This document shows positions 45,750 to 57,866 of a stretch of 64,000 bases of DNA, piece by piece. A program made the position numbers and the translations under genes. The notes below the pieces were generated by a model, which was not told where the DNA came from, ran no database searches, and worked only from the letters and a program-made list of their open reading frames with translations. Source of the DNA: Macrostomum lignano (Eukaryota); NCBI GenBank assembly GCA_002269645.1, contig NIVC01000664.1, forward strand, positions 12,841-76,840, given 5' to 3'. The first letter of the stretch is position 1. Each line of letters starts with the position of its first letter.

Positions 45750-45990
45750 AAGTACTATAGACTATAGACCGACACATTATCATCAGCCAACAGGCAGTCG
45801 ACGAAACACCGATTGGGCCTGTGTCCTCTCCCGCGCGAACAGCAGTAGCAGCCCTCCTGCACAGGCTGTGGACAGTAAGTAGGACTCGGTGCGGATGAAG
45901 TGTCTTGCCAGCTGGAGTCGGCGACGGTTGAGCAGGTCACTTTGACGGGTGAGACCGGTGCAGCGATGGTGTGTGTGTCTCTTTTCGCTG
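45750..45990 (-). pseudogene. 3' fragment of an RTE-like LINE ORF
   Basis: Frameshifted RRRLQLARHFIRTESY / CPQPVQ..RG..RCFVDCLLAD resembles the post-RT C-terminus of RTE-group elements. Confidence 0.5.
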
Positions 45991-46507
45991 AAGATGATCT
46001 AGCGATGGATTACGAGTACGGATTTAGATAAAATTGAAGGATGATCTTGAAAACAGCAGGACAGCAGGGTAAGCATCCTGAATCGACTCTTAGATTAGCG
46101 TTGGACCCTGTGTCGCAGCAGCGGCAAGCGGTCATCGTCATAAGGAAAAGCTGTCAAGTCAAGAGTTCAGTGAAGCGTCAGACCTTTGAGCGTTTAAGTG
46201 TGTATCCAAAAGTTTCTTCAAAAGCTTGTTTTATAGTGTACGAGCACTAGCTGGAGAGTGTATCTCGTACGTACTAAGAGAGATGAGTTCAAATTGCAGA
46301 ATAATCTATGGCTTTTAAGTATTCGTACCAAAAACATTTACACTTTTTTGGTGACTAAATTGTTCCACTAAATCTTGTTAAAAACTGTCTTTGAGCTCGG
46401 CGGACTTTCTTAAGAAATTGCTGTCCCAAATCAGAGACGCCTGCACTTTTAGTTGCTTCTCTGTTTGCAGAGATCTCGGGTCTTTTTCAACTAATACATC
46501 AACGGCG

Positions 46508-47038
46508 ATGAAGAACGCAAAGCCCAAAGAAGCTGGAGACAGCTTCTGGGAGCAGGAAGCCCAGTGTCCTCGCGTGACCTCGGCCAGCCTGATGGTGCCC
46601 AAGGAGATCACCAAAGACCTGTTCAACCCGGATGGAAGCATCTTGGATAGGAGGTTGGAGACCATCCAGGACAGTTGCTATTGCCGGTTCCGCATGACCA
46701 AGCTGTCCCCGAAGAATCCAGGACACAAGGTCTGCGACAGGGTAGTAGTTGACTACTCCTACCCGACCAAGAACCACCACGTGACGCTGCGGTTGTTCAG
46801 CGAGTTGGTGCAGCAGCGGGCGACCGCGCTGCGCGTCACTTCCTTGCTGAAGGTGAGCGGCGTCACGCACATGATTCCGCAGCCGCCTCCACCGCCGCCA
46901 CACCAGCAGCAGCAGCAGCAGCAGCAGCAACAGGTGAGAGCCAAATCGGCAGCTGCAATGTCCAGAGGCAACACTCGCCGAACTGACAGCGGGGACTGCT
47001 CTGCGGACATCAGTCGCTGCATCACCAAGGACTACTAA
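46508..47038 (+). CDS. Single-exon hypothetical protein with polyP/polyQ tail
   Basis: 176 codons from ATG 46508, GC-richer than flanks; no family recognised. Confidence 0.4.
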   Translation: MKNAKPKEAGDSFWEQEAQCPRVTSASLMVPKEITKDLFNPDGSILDRRLETIQDSCYCRFRMTKLSPKNPGHKVCDRVVVDYSYPTKNHHVTLRLFSELVQQRATALRVTSLLKVSGVTHMIPQPPPPPPHQQQQQQQQQQVRAKSAAAMSRGNTRRTDSGDCSADISRCITKDY

Positions 47039-47659
47039 GAATCCTCGAATTTATCGTCGAAACAAGAATGCAGCTATTGCTGGCTGAAGTGATTCGGCCA
47101 GCCCTTAAGTCTGGATTGCTTCAAACTGGACCCACCTGGCGGTCAAATTTCACCGGTAAACAAAAACAGAAACTTAGTTACGTATATCGAAAAAGGAATG
47201 TACTTTTGCATCGCTTTATTTTCTTACGCAGAAATAGATCACTTTGGTACAGCTTTCTTTCAACCCACTCCTGTCGTACAGCAGTTTCACCTCGCTCAAA
47301 GCTTTGCTGTTTTTATTTTTAATCGGTCCGGCTTGACGAATGCGCTAGCGAGGTCGTTTTGGATGGCTTTAATGTGTTAGATACGCTTATTTACTATAAA
47401 TATAAAGTTACGAGCGGTGTAGAGCGCATTCGATGGTATAAGAAGTGAGAACCGGCAGCCACTTAATTGAAATGATACTTGAGTATTTTATTCTTTGTCC
47501 TCTTCCCTTGTCCTTGACAACCGCAAACTTTTTCTAGTATCAAATCTACGGCATTGTGAAGACGCGATACAACAATCCTTAATTTTAGTGTTCTTTGCGT
47601 TAGCTGAATCAAAATAAAGTCCAGTTTTTTACTCAGCAAAGATCTTAACTGTTCGTTAA

Positions 47660-48050
47660 AACAATAAATCAGGCTTGAGCTTTGAGCTGATCACCAGGCC
47701 GCTGTACTCTGGAAGCAGGAAGCGGCGACCGCTGCACAGGTCTCCGGATGCTGTGAAGGTGAGTCGCAGAGTGGCGTTAATGTTGAACCCAGAAGTGCCA
47801 GTAGTACTCGTAGACGCCATTAAACTGAGGCAGCTGGAGCTCATGCTGAGTTAGTAATGAGGATTGTCAGCTGATCGAAAGCTCACAGAGTTTGGCCGGC
47901 TGCTTAACCCAGTGTGCTCAGTGATGCCGTGGCGCCCTGCTCGAACGTCAGTCGACAGGAGACATCCGGTGGACAAGTTAAATACTCTCGCTGTCGACTA
48001 CTCTTAGTAGCAGGCGCTGTGATTGGGATAAGTTTGTGTCTGGAAGAGTT
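47660..48050 (-). pseudogene. Diverged AbfB exon-3-type pseudo-exon (copy E)
   Basis: GLSSRPNSVSFRSADNPHY*LS..FNINATLRLTFTASGDLCSGRRFLLP with in-frame stops. Confidence 0.7.
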
Positions 48051-48217
48051 GTTTTCAACGAAATAAAATTAAATTTGAAAATAATTTAAACATGATGGCA
48101 GGTTTTGTTTCAGCTACTTCACTTATCAAAAGATAAACTCTCGAGTGTGTCATGAATTGTCTGTTTTATTCGCTTCATTTTTGCTTGTGTAGTAAAAGCT
48201 GAAAAATCTGAACTCAA

Positions 48218-48470
48218 GACTAGGATCAATGAGCAAGTGACCAACAGTCCAGAATAGACCAGGATCAATGAGCAAATATGACCAATAGACCAGGATCAAT
48301 GAGCAAATGACCAACAGACCAGAATAGACCAGGATCAATGAGCAAATATGACCAATAGACCAGGATCAATGAGCAAATGACCAATAGACCAGGATCAATG
48401 AGCAAATGACCAATAGACCAGGATCAATGAGCAAATGACCAATAGACCAGGATCAATGAGCAAGTGACAA
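48218..48470. repeat. About 29-bp minisatellite with variants
   Basis: GACCAGGATCAATGAGCAAATGACCAATA core, about 7 copies. Confidence 0.9.
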
Positions 48471-49411
48471 GCCTTCAATGAGAAGTTCCGGCTCTCTTTC
48501 CAACCAACTTCTTACCATCCTAGCTAGTGCAAAAATCGATGCTGCAAGGGATTTTTAGCTAACAAGAGACACTCGCCGAAAACTTGGTGAGGCCTCACAA
48601 AGAGGCTGACAGTACCGATACGGCTCAGCACCAAGCGTAGGACTCATGAATACAGGCTAATACTCTATTATTTCTCCTGAATGTTGAGGCCAGAATTATA
48701 AATTTTTTGACTTTACAAACCGGAAATTGAGAAAGTTTCTCTTAGTCTTAGTATGCTTAGTCAGGCTCTCTTGCTTCCAGACTTTTCTTTCAGTGTGGAG
48801 GAAGCTCAGCACAATGAAACAAGCAACATTGCTTGGATCGCTATTCAGTGGTTCATAGCTGCGGATTGTCTCGTCACCTTTGCTTTGTATGAGTAAGTCC
48901 TTCTTGTATGAAGACTATGTGTGGTGATTATTGTACTTTCTGAGCCGTGCTGTCGTAATTCTCCTCAATCTTAATCTTTGAAATAAAATTAGAGCGCCCA
49001 GCAGAAGCTCTTAGTTATAACCTAACGCGATATACTTAAGTTCTTAAGCCTCTGTGCGCCATAACAGACACTGACTGCTTCAAAGTACAATACTTAATAG
49101 CAATTGGATCTATGAAATACGGAATGATTTCAGATACAATAGTGTCTTCATCACCGCTATAGTTAATGCCATATATTCAATATTTGTTTTAATCCGTGAC
49201 AGAATTAGACAAATCAAAGCAAATCAGCAGTGTACGAATGCTCTTTTAGAAACCGGAAAAGTCTCACCTGTAAATACAGAAAACAGCTTATTTAATAAAT
49301 TTCATTAAAAGTACATTACCTGTACTTACCAGAGATTTTTATGACGTCATAACTGGGGTTCTGGATTTTACGACAAGCTCGTATGACTAATTTTCGAAAA
49401 GAACGGCTCAC

Positions 49412-50902
49412 CCGGTAAACAAACAGGGCTGAGCACTAAATAACTGGTATATCGATTCGGATCCCAAATGAACGATGCGATTTTCGATCCCAAGCTGATG
49501 TCACGGCCGATCCCGGTGCCGCTCAGACCCGGCAGCAGCAGGCGGCGACCGCTGCACTCGTCTCCGGACGCTGAGTAGGTGAATCGCAGAGTAGCATTGA
49601 TGTTGAACGCTGCATCGCCGGTTCTCAGCTCAGCTAGGCTGAGACATTTCGAATCCATAAACAGAAAGTAGCCGGGGCTTTCTGCCAACCTCAGAGACAC
49701 GGAGTGCGGCACTTTGATCAAGCCGGGCTGCTCAGTGAATACCGTGGCGAATATTTCAGGCGATAGGAAACAGCACTCTCCCCTTGGGCACGAGACGAAC
49801 TTGTCATCAGCTGTTTTCAAGCGCGTCCGCCGACTTTGACACATTTCAGTGACTGCAAAGAGATGCTGAGGTTATTTTTTCTGACCTTCAGATAAGCCTA
49901 GTGGTCTTGCGCTAGTTGTCCAGGCTCGATTCCAAGTGCAGTCCCATTGGGGCTGAATTGGAATCTCGGCTTGGCTCTGCTCGTGCAACTAATGCCCTTG
50001 AGGGCCAACCCCCAAGGCACAGTGAAGTGTACATGCCTAACGATAAATAAAGTTAGGGCCGCTGTACACTCCTGTGTGAGTGTGTGCCTGTGCGTATGAC
50101 TGCGTACGTATCCGCGCGCTTGTATGCCTGCTCAGGAGAGTCGGCGGAATGGGCAGTAATGCCTCTCGCCGGTTGTGTGACAATGTCGCTTGAAGTGCGC
50201 CAGGGTGCACACAGCCCCTGCCTCTAACTAAAAAAGAGTGCACAATCCAGCGTAACTTAAAAGCCAGATGTGTAGACAGAAAATTTAATCAGATGTACGG
50301 CTCGTAAAACTCACAGTTGACGCAGTGAAATGCAAAGGCCGAATCGGACCTGAATATGACATCATTGGTCCAGGTGGACTTCGTCAGCATGAAGTGCCAA
50401 TGCCGCAGTTTCTGCCCCGAATACTTCAGCGGAGCGATGCGCCAGTGGTTGCAGAACTCCGCAGCTGCCTCGATTCTGAAGCTCGCCGATTTCTGGAATC
50501 CGACCGCGCTGTCGTTTCTGGCCAAGTAGAGCCGACTGTCTCCCATGGCCAGGTAGAAGTTCGGTCGCAAAGCATCAACGATGGACACAGCGTCGGCCGT
50601 TCCGTCCAGTGCTTGCTCGAACTGCATCTGGAATGGCGTATCGCTTGCCGACTCGGAAATGAACACGGTAGAGTCCGAGCCGTAGGTCATGAAACGGTTG
50701 GAGTAGGGACCGTATGCCATGAGCACGAAGGTGCTGCACGAGATGTTCTGACCTACAGGGATGGGTGGGCGACGTTTCCTACTCTTAAGACAGTTGTAGC
50801 ACTGATCGAGACTGGAGTTTGAGTTGACTCACCTGCCACGGCAGCTAGGAATAAAATCAGCACAATGCTGGGAGTCAAAACAAGCCCACAGAAGAGCTTC
50901 AT
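49412..50902 (-). CDS. AbfB/CBM42-like copy F (divergent paralog); exons 50902-50833, 50752-50315, 49852-49412
   Basis: Signal MKLFCGLVLTPSIVLILFLAAVAG; VSIVDALRPNFYL..FQKSASF, QKLRHWHFML..FRSDSAF; same intron phases as A and D. Confidence 0.78.
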
Positions 50903-53569
50903 AAATTGGTTGCTTGGCTCCGTAGTTGAAATTGGAAGAAGTAAAACATGCGCAGCTCGTGCCTTCATTGATATCCTTTAAGTAGCAACAGAGCCGATGG
51001 TTGTGAGGTACTGCTATCAGTTTGCATTTGCATCAGCTCTTATGATGAGAGCACTTTATGGCACTTGGATTGGAACTGCCAACTCACTCAAATACAGTAG
51101 TATTTCAGTGCAGCCCGGATCTATACTTGAGTACTAGCAATTTCCCATGCAAGCACCGGTTCAGTCTCTTTGACAGACAGCTAATTGCCGTCAGTTTCGC
51201 CTCATCCAAATATCCAAGGCGCATGATTCTCTGCGTGTTAATAACTGCTCAACCTCTCCTTGGACTCATGGAGGGTCGCAAACGCATTCAACATCTGACA
51301 TGCTTGAATGTTATTATATGGTTATCGAAAAATGACTGATAGAGATCCTTGAAAACTTCAATCGCATGCCTACTCGCAGTGGCTACTTTGAATTCGGTGT
51401 TTTTATGGGTTACTGTTTTTACATTCCAGTTCTAGCACATGTAGGGGTCTATGGCCCCAGCCAAAGCTGTCAAAGGCTGCATGGGTTACTGTTTTTACAT
51501 TCCAGTTCTACATGTAGGGGTCCATGGCCCCAGCCAAAGCTGTCAGAGGCTGCCAAACCTCTGTAATGCACTGGTATTATTTTATATTGCCACTAAGAAA
51601 TGATGCCTGCATTTAACAGTATATTTTAATCATTACAATGCAATACACGTGAAGCATACTATATGTATTGAAATCACAAGCTAACAATGTCTGCTAAAAG
51701 TTGCAAAAAGTGACAGACCAACGGTTGAATGGTCGTTTATGGTCGTGGAATGCAAAAATAATGAATATGCAACACTTTAGCAAAGGTGCTGGCAGTCTCC
51801 GCCCCCCCCCCCTCGTTAGGGAGGCAGCAAAGAATTTAAAGGAATGAAAATTTTATGAATAAACTACACGTAGCTTTTGACCTTGAAAAGTCGCTATATT
51901 GTTAGTATCATAAGGAAAATGAAACCGTTGGCATCAAAACTTCCCTTTAAAAGCCATGGATCAACCCTATAACTCTCCCTCTGACGCTTGGCCTACCAAA
52001 AACTCCCAAATTGACCCTTGACATTTCAGCAACTCACAATGAGCCTTGACAACTCACCAACTCAGCACCTTGGCACGTATTCGATCCTGTACGTACAGCT
52101 AGCGCTTACATGTAATTGGCCAACTTACTTACCAGAACCTACCATGTTTATGTAAGCCAACACTTGGAGTAGCCACGAGCAACAACGTCAGGAAATTCAC
52201 AGTTTCAATTCTGTAATGATTCAAGACTCACCCAGAAGCATAAGCACTGTCACAGTCAGTAGAAAGTTGCACAGGAGCCTCAAGCAAAGCATGTTTTTCC
52301 TGATTTTGGGAGGATCAGATGATATCTTTCACTGTTCTGCCAATGTCCAACTGCAATGAAGATTTCCTTCTAGCCAGTGTGGCAGTTTTTAAGCTTTGTT
52401 AGCTGGTATAGTTAATGAGAGTTTTCTCAGTTGCAGTGCACGTGTCAGCACCTGAGTGGATCTGGAAATTTTCTAATTGGATGAATACTTAATTAATGCC
52501 TCACGTGGCCCCTGCAATTTAGATTGGTTCGCAGCTCCTTAATGCAACTGCACCTGCAGCCAAGGCAACAGTTTGTTGTCGGAGGAGACAAAAATTTCTT
52601 TCTATGAACTTTTCCTCACAAAAGCAAAATTCTTTTGGTTGACACTCCCCAGTTCTGTCTGCTAGGCTGGGAGCTTGTGTTTGTCCTCAGTACTTTTTCC
52701 TAGCTAATTAACGGGAGTCTCTAGTCCTGCAAGTTAGGCAGAATCAGCCACGGTTAGTCGCTCTTGGACAGCAAAAGTACATTGACAGATCTAGATCGCT
52801 CTATAGCTGCAAAATACATTAAGAAGATAGGAAACTCAATATTTCTTAGTTCTTACATAAAATTAAGCAATTGTGTACTTAAAATGCGAATCAAGCAAGT
52901 ATGTCACACCAAAGTGCGAGCTCACGTCAAAATATGTCTTTAATTCGCGATTGACTTGCAAGCTTCTCTGGCACAGGTAAACAAATGCTAAGGGGAGACG
53001 GGCAAACAAACAAAACATGGCCTGAAAATTTCAGTTTGTCCCTATCTCTTTAGTGTGCTTTTTCTCTATGATGATTTTCTTAACTTTGTTTGTCTGTGGT
53101 GAAACCCGGGAGATGCGGAAAGGCGCCAGCATCCAGCATCATGCTACATTTGATGTTGTTGTTTACTACTGTCTGTAATGGTAAAACCTCTATTCATCGT
53201 GACGGAGTTACGACTTTGATTATCACAGTGAACGAGCCGAAGATGGCGTCAGTCAACTGGCCGGACTGACTTCGGACTCTGAGCGAGGGATCGCGTCAAG
53301 AGACTTGATCAGCCCGTCCCTTTTGCACGAGTTAATCCCCGCCAGTCCCTCAAATGAGAAAAACTCACGCTCACTCTTTTATCTTCACGAAAGAGCGGCG
53401 ATGGCAGTAGGAAAGGCTTCTCTCAACTTCGCTCTTCAGTTCTGGCTGGGTAACTTCTGAGTAACCGAGTATAACTTCGGGTCTGATTGCAATACTAGAA
53501 CTCATGGCTGTGTCTTGCACAACTTAACCAAAAAGATGCCTCCCCTACCGCCGCTCCTGCACACATTTA

Positions 53570-54000
53570 TATTTACGCTAGCTGGTTGAGCCCTGGGGTA
53601 TCGCTACCCCAGGCCCAGCTAGCCAAACTTACGATCGTCTTATAAAAGTTACAAAGTCGGGGTCGCGATTGGAGGGGGGAAAGAATACAAACCGATTGGC
53701 TGGACCACCAGCCAATCGCAGGGCGAGCGAGGGGGCGCACTGGAGCCGCAGCCAGCCAAAGCCGGCTGGCCTGACAGACAGTGGGGTGGGTGCAACTGGA
53801 GGAGGGTTGACGCAGAAAGAATGGGGGGGGTTGACGCAGACAGAATGGGGGGTTGGCGCAGGCACGCGGCCGGGAGGGGTGGGAGTGCAGTGCCGGGCAC
53901 ACTTGACCAAGAGCCAGAGATTGCTCATCGGTGCAAGTGCACCCGGGCACAACAATTGCCCCGCGGCTCTCTTGATGAAAGAAAAATTACCAGCGTAAGC
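53570..54000 (-). mobile_element. GC-rich solo-LTR-like fragment
   Basis: Composition and paired CCAAT/ATTGG boxes resemble 29552-30302; boundaries unclear. Confidence 0.3.
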
Positions 54001-54125
54001 TGGATCATTCTAGTTTTGGAAATGGCCCCACGCCTGGTTCTTTCCTACACTTGCTAATCCATTATTCATGCTGTTGCAAAACTGCCGGGATGCCCTGATG
54101 GGAATAATTGAAGGTGTTGAGTACT

Positions 54126-54430
54126 GGGGGTTGTAGCCTAGTGGTTAGAACGTCGGACTCACGACTGAAAGGTCGGGAGTTCGATTCTCGACCCAAATTG
54201 GAATAATTGGTGTCCTTGAGCAAAACACTTAACTCTGCATTGCTTCAGTTTACCAAGCTCTAAAATGGGTGCCAGCATTAGCTGGGGTAATTGAGGGTGT
54301 GTGGCGGCCCCCCAGTCCTTGGACTGAACAGCCGTACGCTGCCTTCAGATGCGCCGCGCAATAGCTGCGGCTGAGCTGTCGGTTGCACATCTGCACATTG
54401 GGGCAGGTGTAATCAAATATTATATTATTG
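54126..54430 (+). mobile_element. tRNA-derived SINE
   Basis: A box TAGCCTAGTGG (54134), B box GTTCGATTC (54179); poor anticodon stem; body GTGTCCTTGAGCAAAACACTTAAC..AAAATGGGT typical of SINE central domains. Confidence 0.7.
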
Positions 54431-55529
54431 AGTAGTGAAGAGTAGTTGAAATTGCAGATTTCTTAACGAGCTATTGCGCAGCTTCAGGATATTTATTTAT
54501 TTATTATTTATTTATCTTTGGCTGGATCGCCACAAAAAACATATATAAAGAATAAACAAATACAACTAAAATAACCAGCAGTTACTTGATACTCTACTTA
54601 CACTAGAAGCAGTAGATTATTACATTTGTAAGACTAATTACAAGGATCTATTTGGCTATCAACTAATAGTAAAAAATGACGAAAATAACAAACAAACAAA
54701 AAATGTTCTTGTAACTAGTAACTAGTTAATTAACTAGTAAAAGTAATCGTTTTTAGTCACGACACGACAGAATATAAAAATCATTCCAATTCATTTCAAG
54801 TGCGATACTGGGGTCGCCTCAACTTAAATAAAAATTGAGACTGTACTGTTTCCCTTGTTCTACAGATTCATTCATGCTCATTCATATACATGTAACTCAT
54901 TACCTCATTTTGTAAATACCTGTTTGCTGCATTTTCGAAGCATTTTGGGGATTTCCTTTCATGGACAATATGCTACCCTTGAAAAAATATTTAACTTTCA
55001 GATAACATTGAAAATGTTTCAAAATTTATTATCATCAAGCTTTTAACAAAGTTGTCTGTTGTTTTAGTTAATTTGTTACAAATACCCCGGCCCAGTTTCA
55101 TTAAAATATTTGCTATCTTTTTTAATCTAGTATTTAAAATAATCATTTTAAGGTGATCATTTTAATTAGCGTATTTGTATGTACTTCTTAAAATTTGGCA
55201 GAAAGTGTAGAACTAAAATGGATTCTAACATTGATACTTGGCATTATTGCGAACTTTCTAACGATTTACAAGAATTGAAGTGCAAAACGAATGAAATAAA
55301 AGTTGAAAATATTATTTTTAACCAGTTTTTAACTGTTTGACTTTTCACGATTCTCGCATTCCTAAGCGTATGCATACTTTTTAAAATATTTTGTTTAAAT
55401 TAGTAACAGCGCAAACTTTTGCCGAAAATTCAAATTGTAAACATTCCTGGAACCTTGGTCTTATAACCCTGCATAGAGAATCTTTTGAATAAGGTTAAAT
55501 TCAACGCATAAAATCACGATTTCAGTTTG

Positions 55530-55589
55530 ATGGCCTACGTTAACAAGGCGTACCAGTATCACTCCCATGCGACTGTGCCCGTTGTCATT

Positions 55590-55621
<32 letters not shown>

Positions 55622-57866
55622 GCTGGCACTGCAGCAAAGTCGCGCCTCGGCACAGCAGCCGCAGTCAAGAGTGCAAAGCCAATCCTACTCCTACCAGCCG
55701 CAGAATGCCATCCGACACGTTCCTGTTGTTTATCCGTCCGGGCGGGTCTACTACTCGCCTCAGTCCGCCCTGGCAACAGGCAGCCGGAGCTCAACGATGG
55801 GCGCTCGAAGCAACTCGACCCAGTCTCAGTCCACTACTACTCGACAATCTCAGAGTCTCGGCGGCTCCAAGGCCTCGGTGGTCAGCAAAAGAAGCGGAAA
55901 GTCCAGCATCCAGCAGGAGTATCACGACAAGAAAGTTCGCGGCCTTCTGCTCGCCCCCTACTTCGGCAGAGGGAGGGTTCCCTACCTGATTGCGATCGGC
56001 CTAACGGTGGGCGGAATCCTGTTCATCATTGGCGCGGGGGTGGTGTTTGGGCTGCGCTTCCACAACAACATCATGCTGACAATCGACAAGGGCGAGATTT
56101 TCGGACCTGTTCTGATTGTCGTCGGGCTGGTGCTGCTGGCTGGCGCGATGAAGTTCTACTTTGATGCGTACTCTGTCAGCAATAAGGAGAGAAGAAAAGT
56201 GCAGGTAATGCTTCAGTGAAGCCCATCAGATTTTCAACCTATTTAAATACTGAGCGAAGCAAAACTCAAGACCAAATCGACTTCATTTCAGTCTCCATTC
56301 CGGTGCTTAAGTTGACATTACATGCAATAATTAAAGTAATTATCAAATCGTTTGTCATCATTTTCTAACAATTCATTTTTCCTTAACAATAGTATTCTGC
56401 CGCTCGCGACAACATGGTCCGAATCAGTGTCATCGATGTCAACCGGAGACAACCAGGGTAAGAGAAGGCTTTTAGAATACTTGTAGTATCAGGTATTTCT
56501 TTGAGCATTCCAGATGCTATTTCATGTTTAGCGGCCCTATTTTACAGCGAAGCTATCGTAAGCGGTACATCAACAAACGAAGCTGTGACTCGAACTCCTC
56601 ATAGGGCCGCGGCAATGGTGTCGCGTCCTTTGAACGCGGACCGGCACTCCACTTCTGGACGCAACCAGGTTTGAATCTTTCCAACATCCTCGATGCTGGA
56701 AGTTTTTTCTATAGAATTAAGCTGTACATCTCGGGGAAACTACTGCTCATTTAGTGGATGCAAGGTTCATGAACAAAGAACAGCGATGATGCGATTAACA
56801 ACGGCGCGGATGACTACGCTGCCAACCATGTCCTCCATGATCCTGACATTTTTTGTCCCTTCAACTAAAACAATTCTTACCGACGTCGCATCAGCAGCTA
56901 TGTGGCTGTGAGCAGCGCTAAGAAGTTGTAACTTGTAAAAGACTTCAGCAATTATTGTCGTACTTCACTCCGCCGCAGCTGTCATCTTTTAACTTTTCAG
57001 CGTTCGTACGCGAGCGACAAGCGGGACAGCGAAATGATGCCACGGTCGGGCAGCGGAACGCCTCTCAGCTATTTGGCAGCAAGAAGACAGCCAATGTAGG
57101 GTTTGCAGTTTTTAGTTATTTGTATTAGAACTCTTTACTTTGATAATCAATCGAACCAAAATTTCTTCGCTCAGAGAGGAACCGATCGACAATAGGAACT
57201 CCGCGACAGTGCGGGAGGATGTTCAAGCAGGACAAGCTCACGAAATCTATTCGAATTCTTCAATAAGACCCGCTGCAGCTCCAGCACCAAGGGGTTCAAC
57301 AGCTACTTCCCAAAGGGCTTCAGCAGTTCCTCAAAGCGCTTCGGCAGTGCCTCCACCGAGGGCTTCAGCAGTTTCTCAAAGCGCTTCGGCAGTGCCTCCA
57401 CCGAGGGCTTCAGCAGTTTCTTCAAAGCGCTTCGGCAGTGCCTCCACCGAGAGCTTCAGCAGTTTCTCAAAGCGCTTCGGCAGTGCCTCCACCGAGAGCT
57501 TCAGCAGTTTCTCAAAGCGCTTCGGCAGTGCCTCCACCGAGAGCTTCAGCTTCAGCAACTTCAGCAGTTCCATCACCAAGGGCCTCATCCACTACTTCCC
57601 CTAGAGCTTCAGCAGTTCCTTCAAGCCGCGATCCAGCAACTCGTCCACGAAGAGCTTCAGCTGCCTCTCTTCCAAAAGCTTCAGCCGTTCCTCAACAAGT
57701 GGCTGTTCAATCGTCTGCTTCAAGACCTTCGACAAATCCTAACACTCGAGCGCCGGCTCCATCAATGGCAAACGCTGCAGTACCGTCGTCAAAAGTTGCT
57801 ACGACAGCCTCTTCGTTCGCAGTACGTCAACTGGGTCGACAATCGAGAACTACAACTGAAGTTTGA
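55530..57866 (+). CDS. Two-TM membrane protein (PIRT-like) with Q-rich N-terminus and repeat-rich tail; exons 55530-56204, 56393-56457, 56548-56668, 57001-57095, 57175-57866
   Basis: TM1 YLIAIGLTVGGILFIIGAGVVFGL, TM2 IFGPVLIVVGLVLLAGAM; phase-consistent introns; 45-bp repeat (ASAVSQSASAVPPPR) with one extra T near 57420. Confidence 0.65.

Noticed and set aside
51600-53500. Possible decayed exons, including an ~80-codon open stretch near 53200-53450
   Set aside because: No convincing splice pair, start codon or family motif
54126-54200. Functional tRNA gene
   Set aside because: Anticodon and acceptor stems pair poorly, no poly-T terminator, and it continues into a SINE-like body
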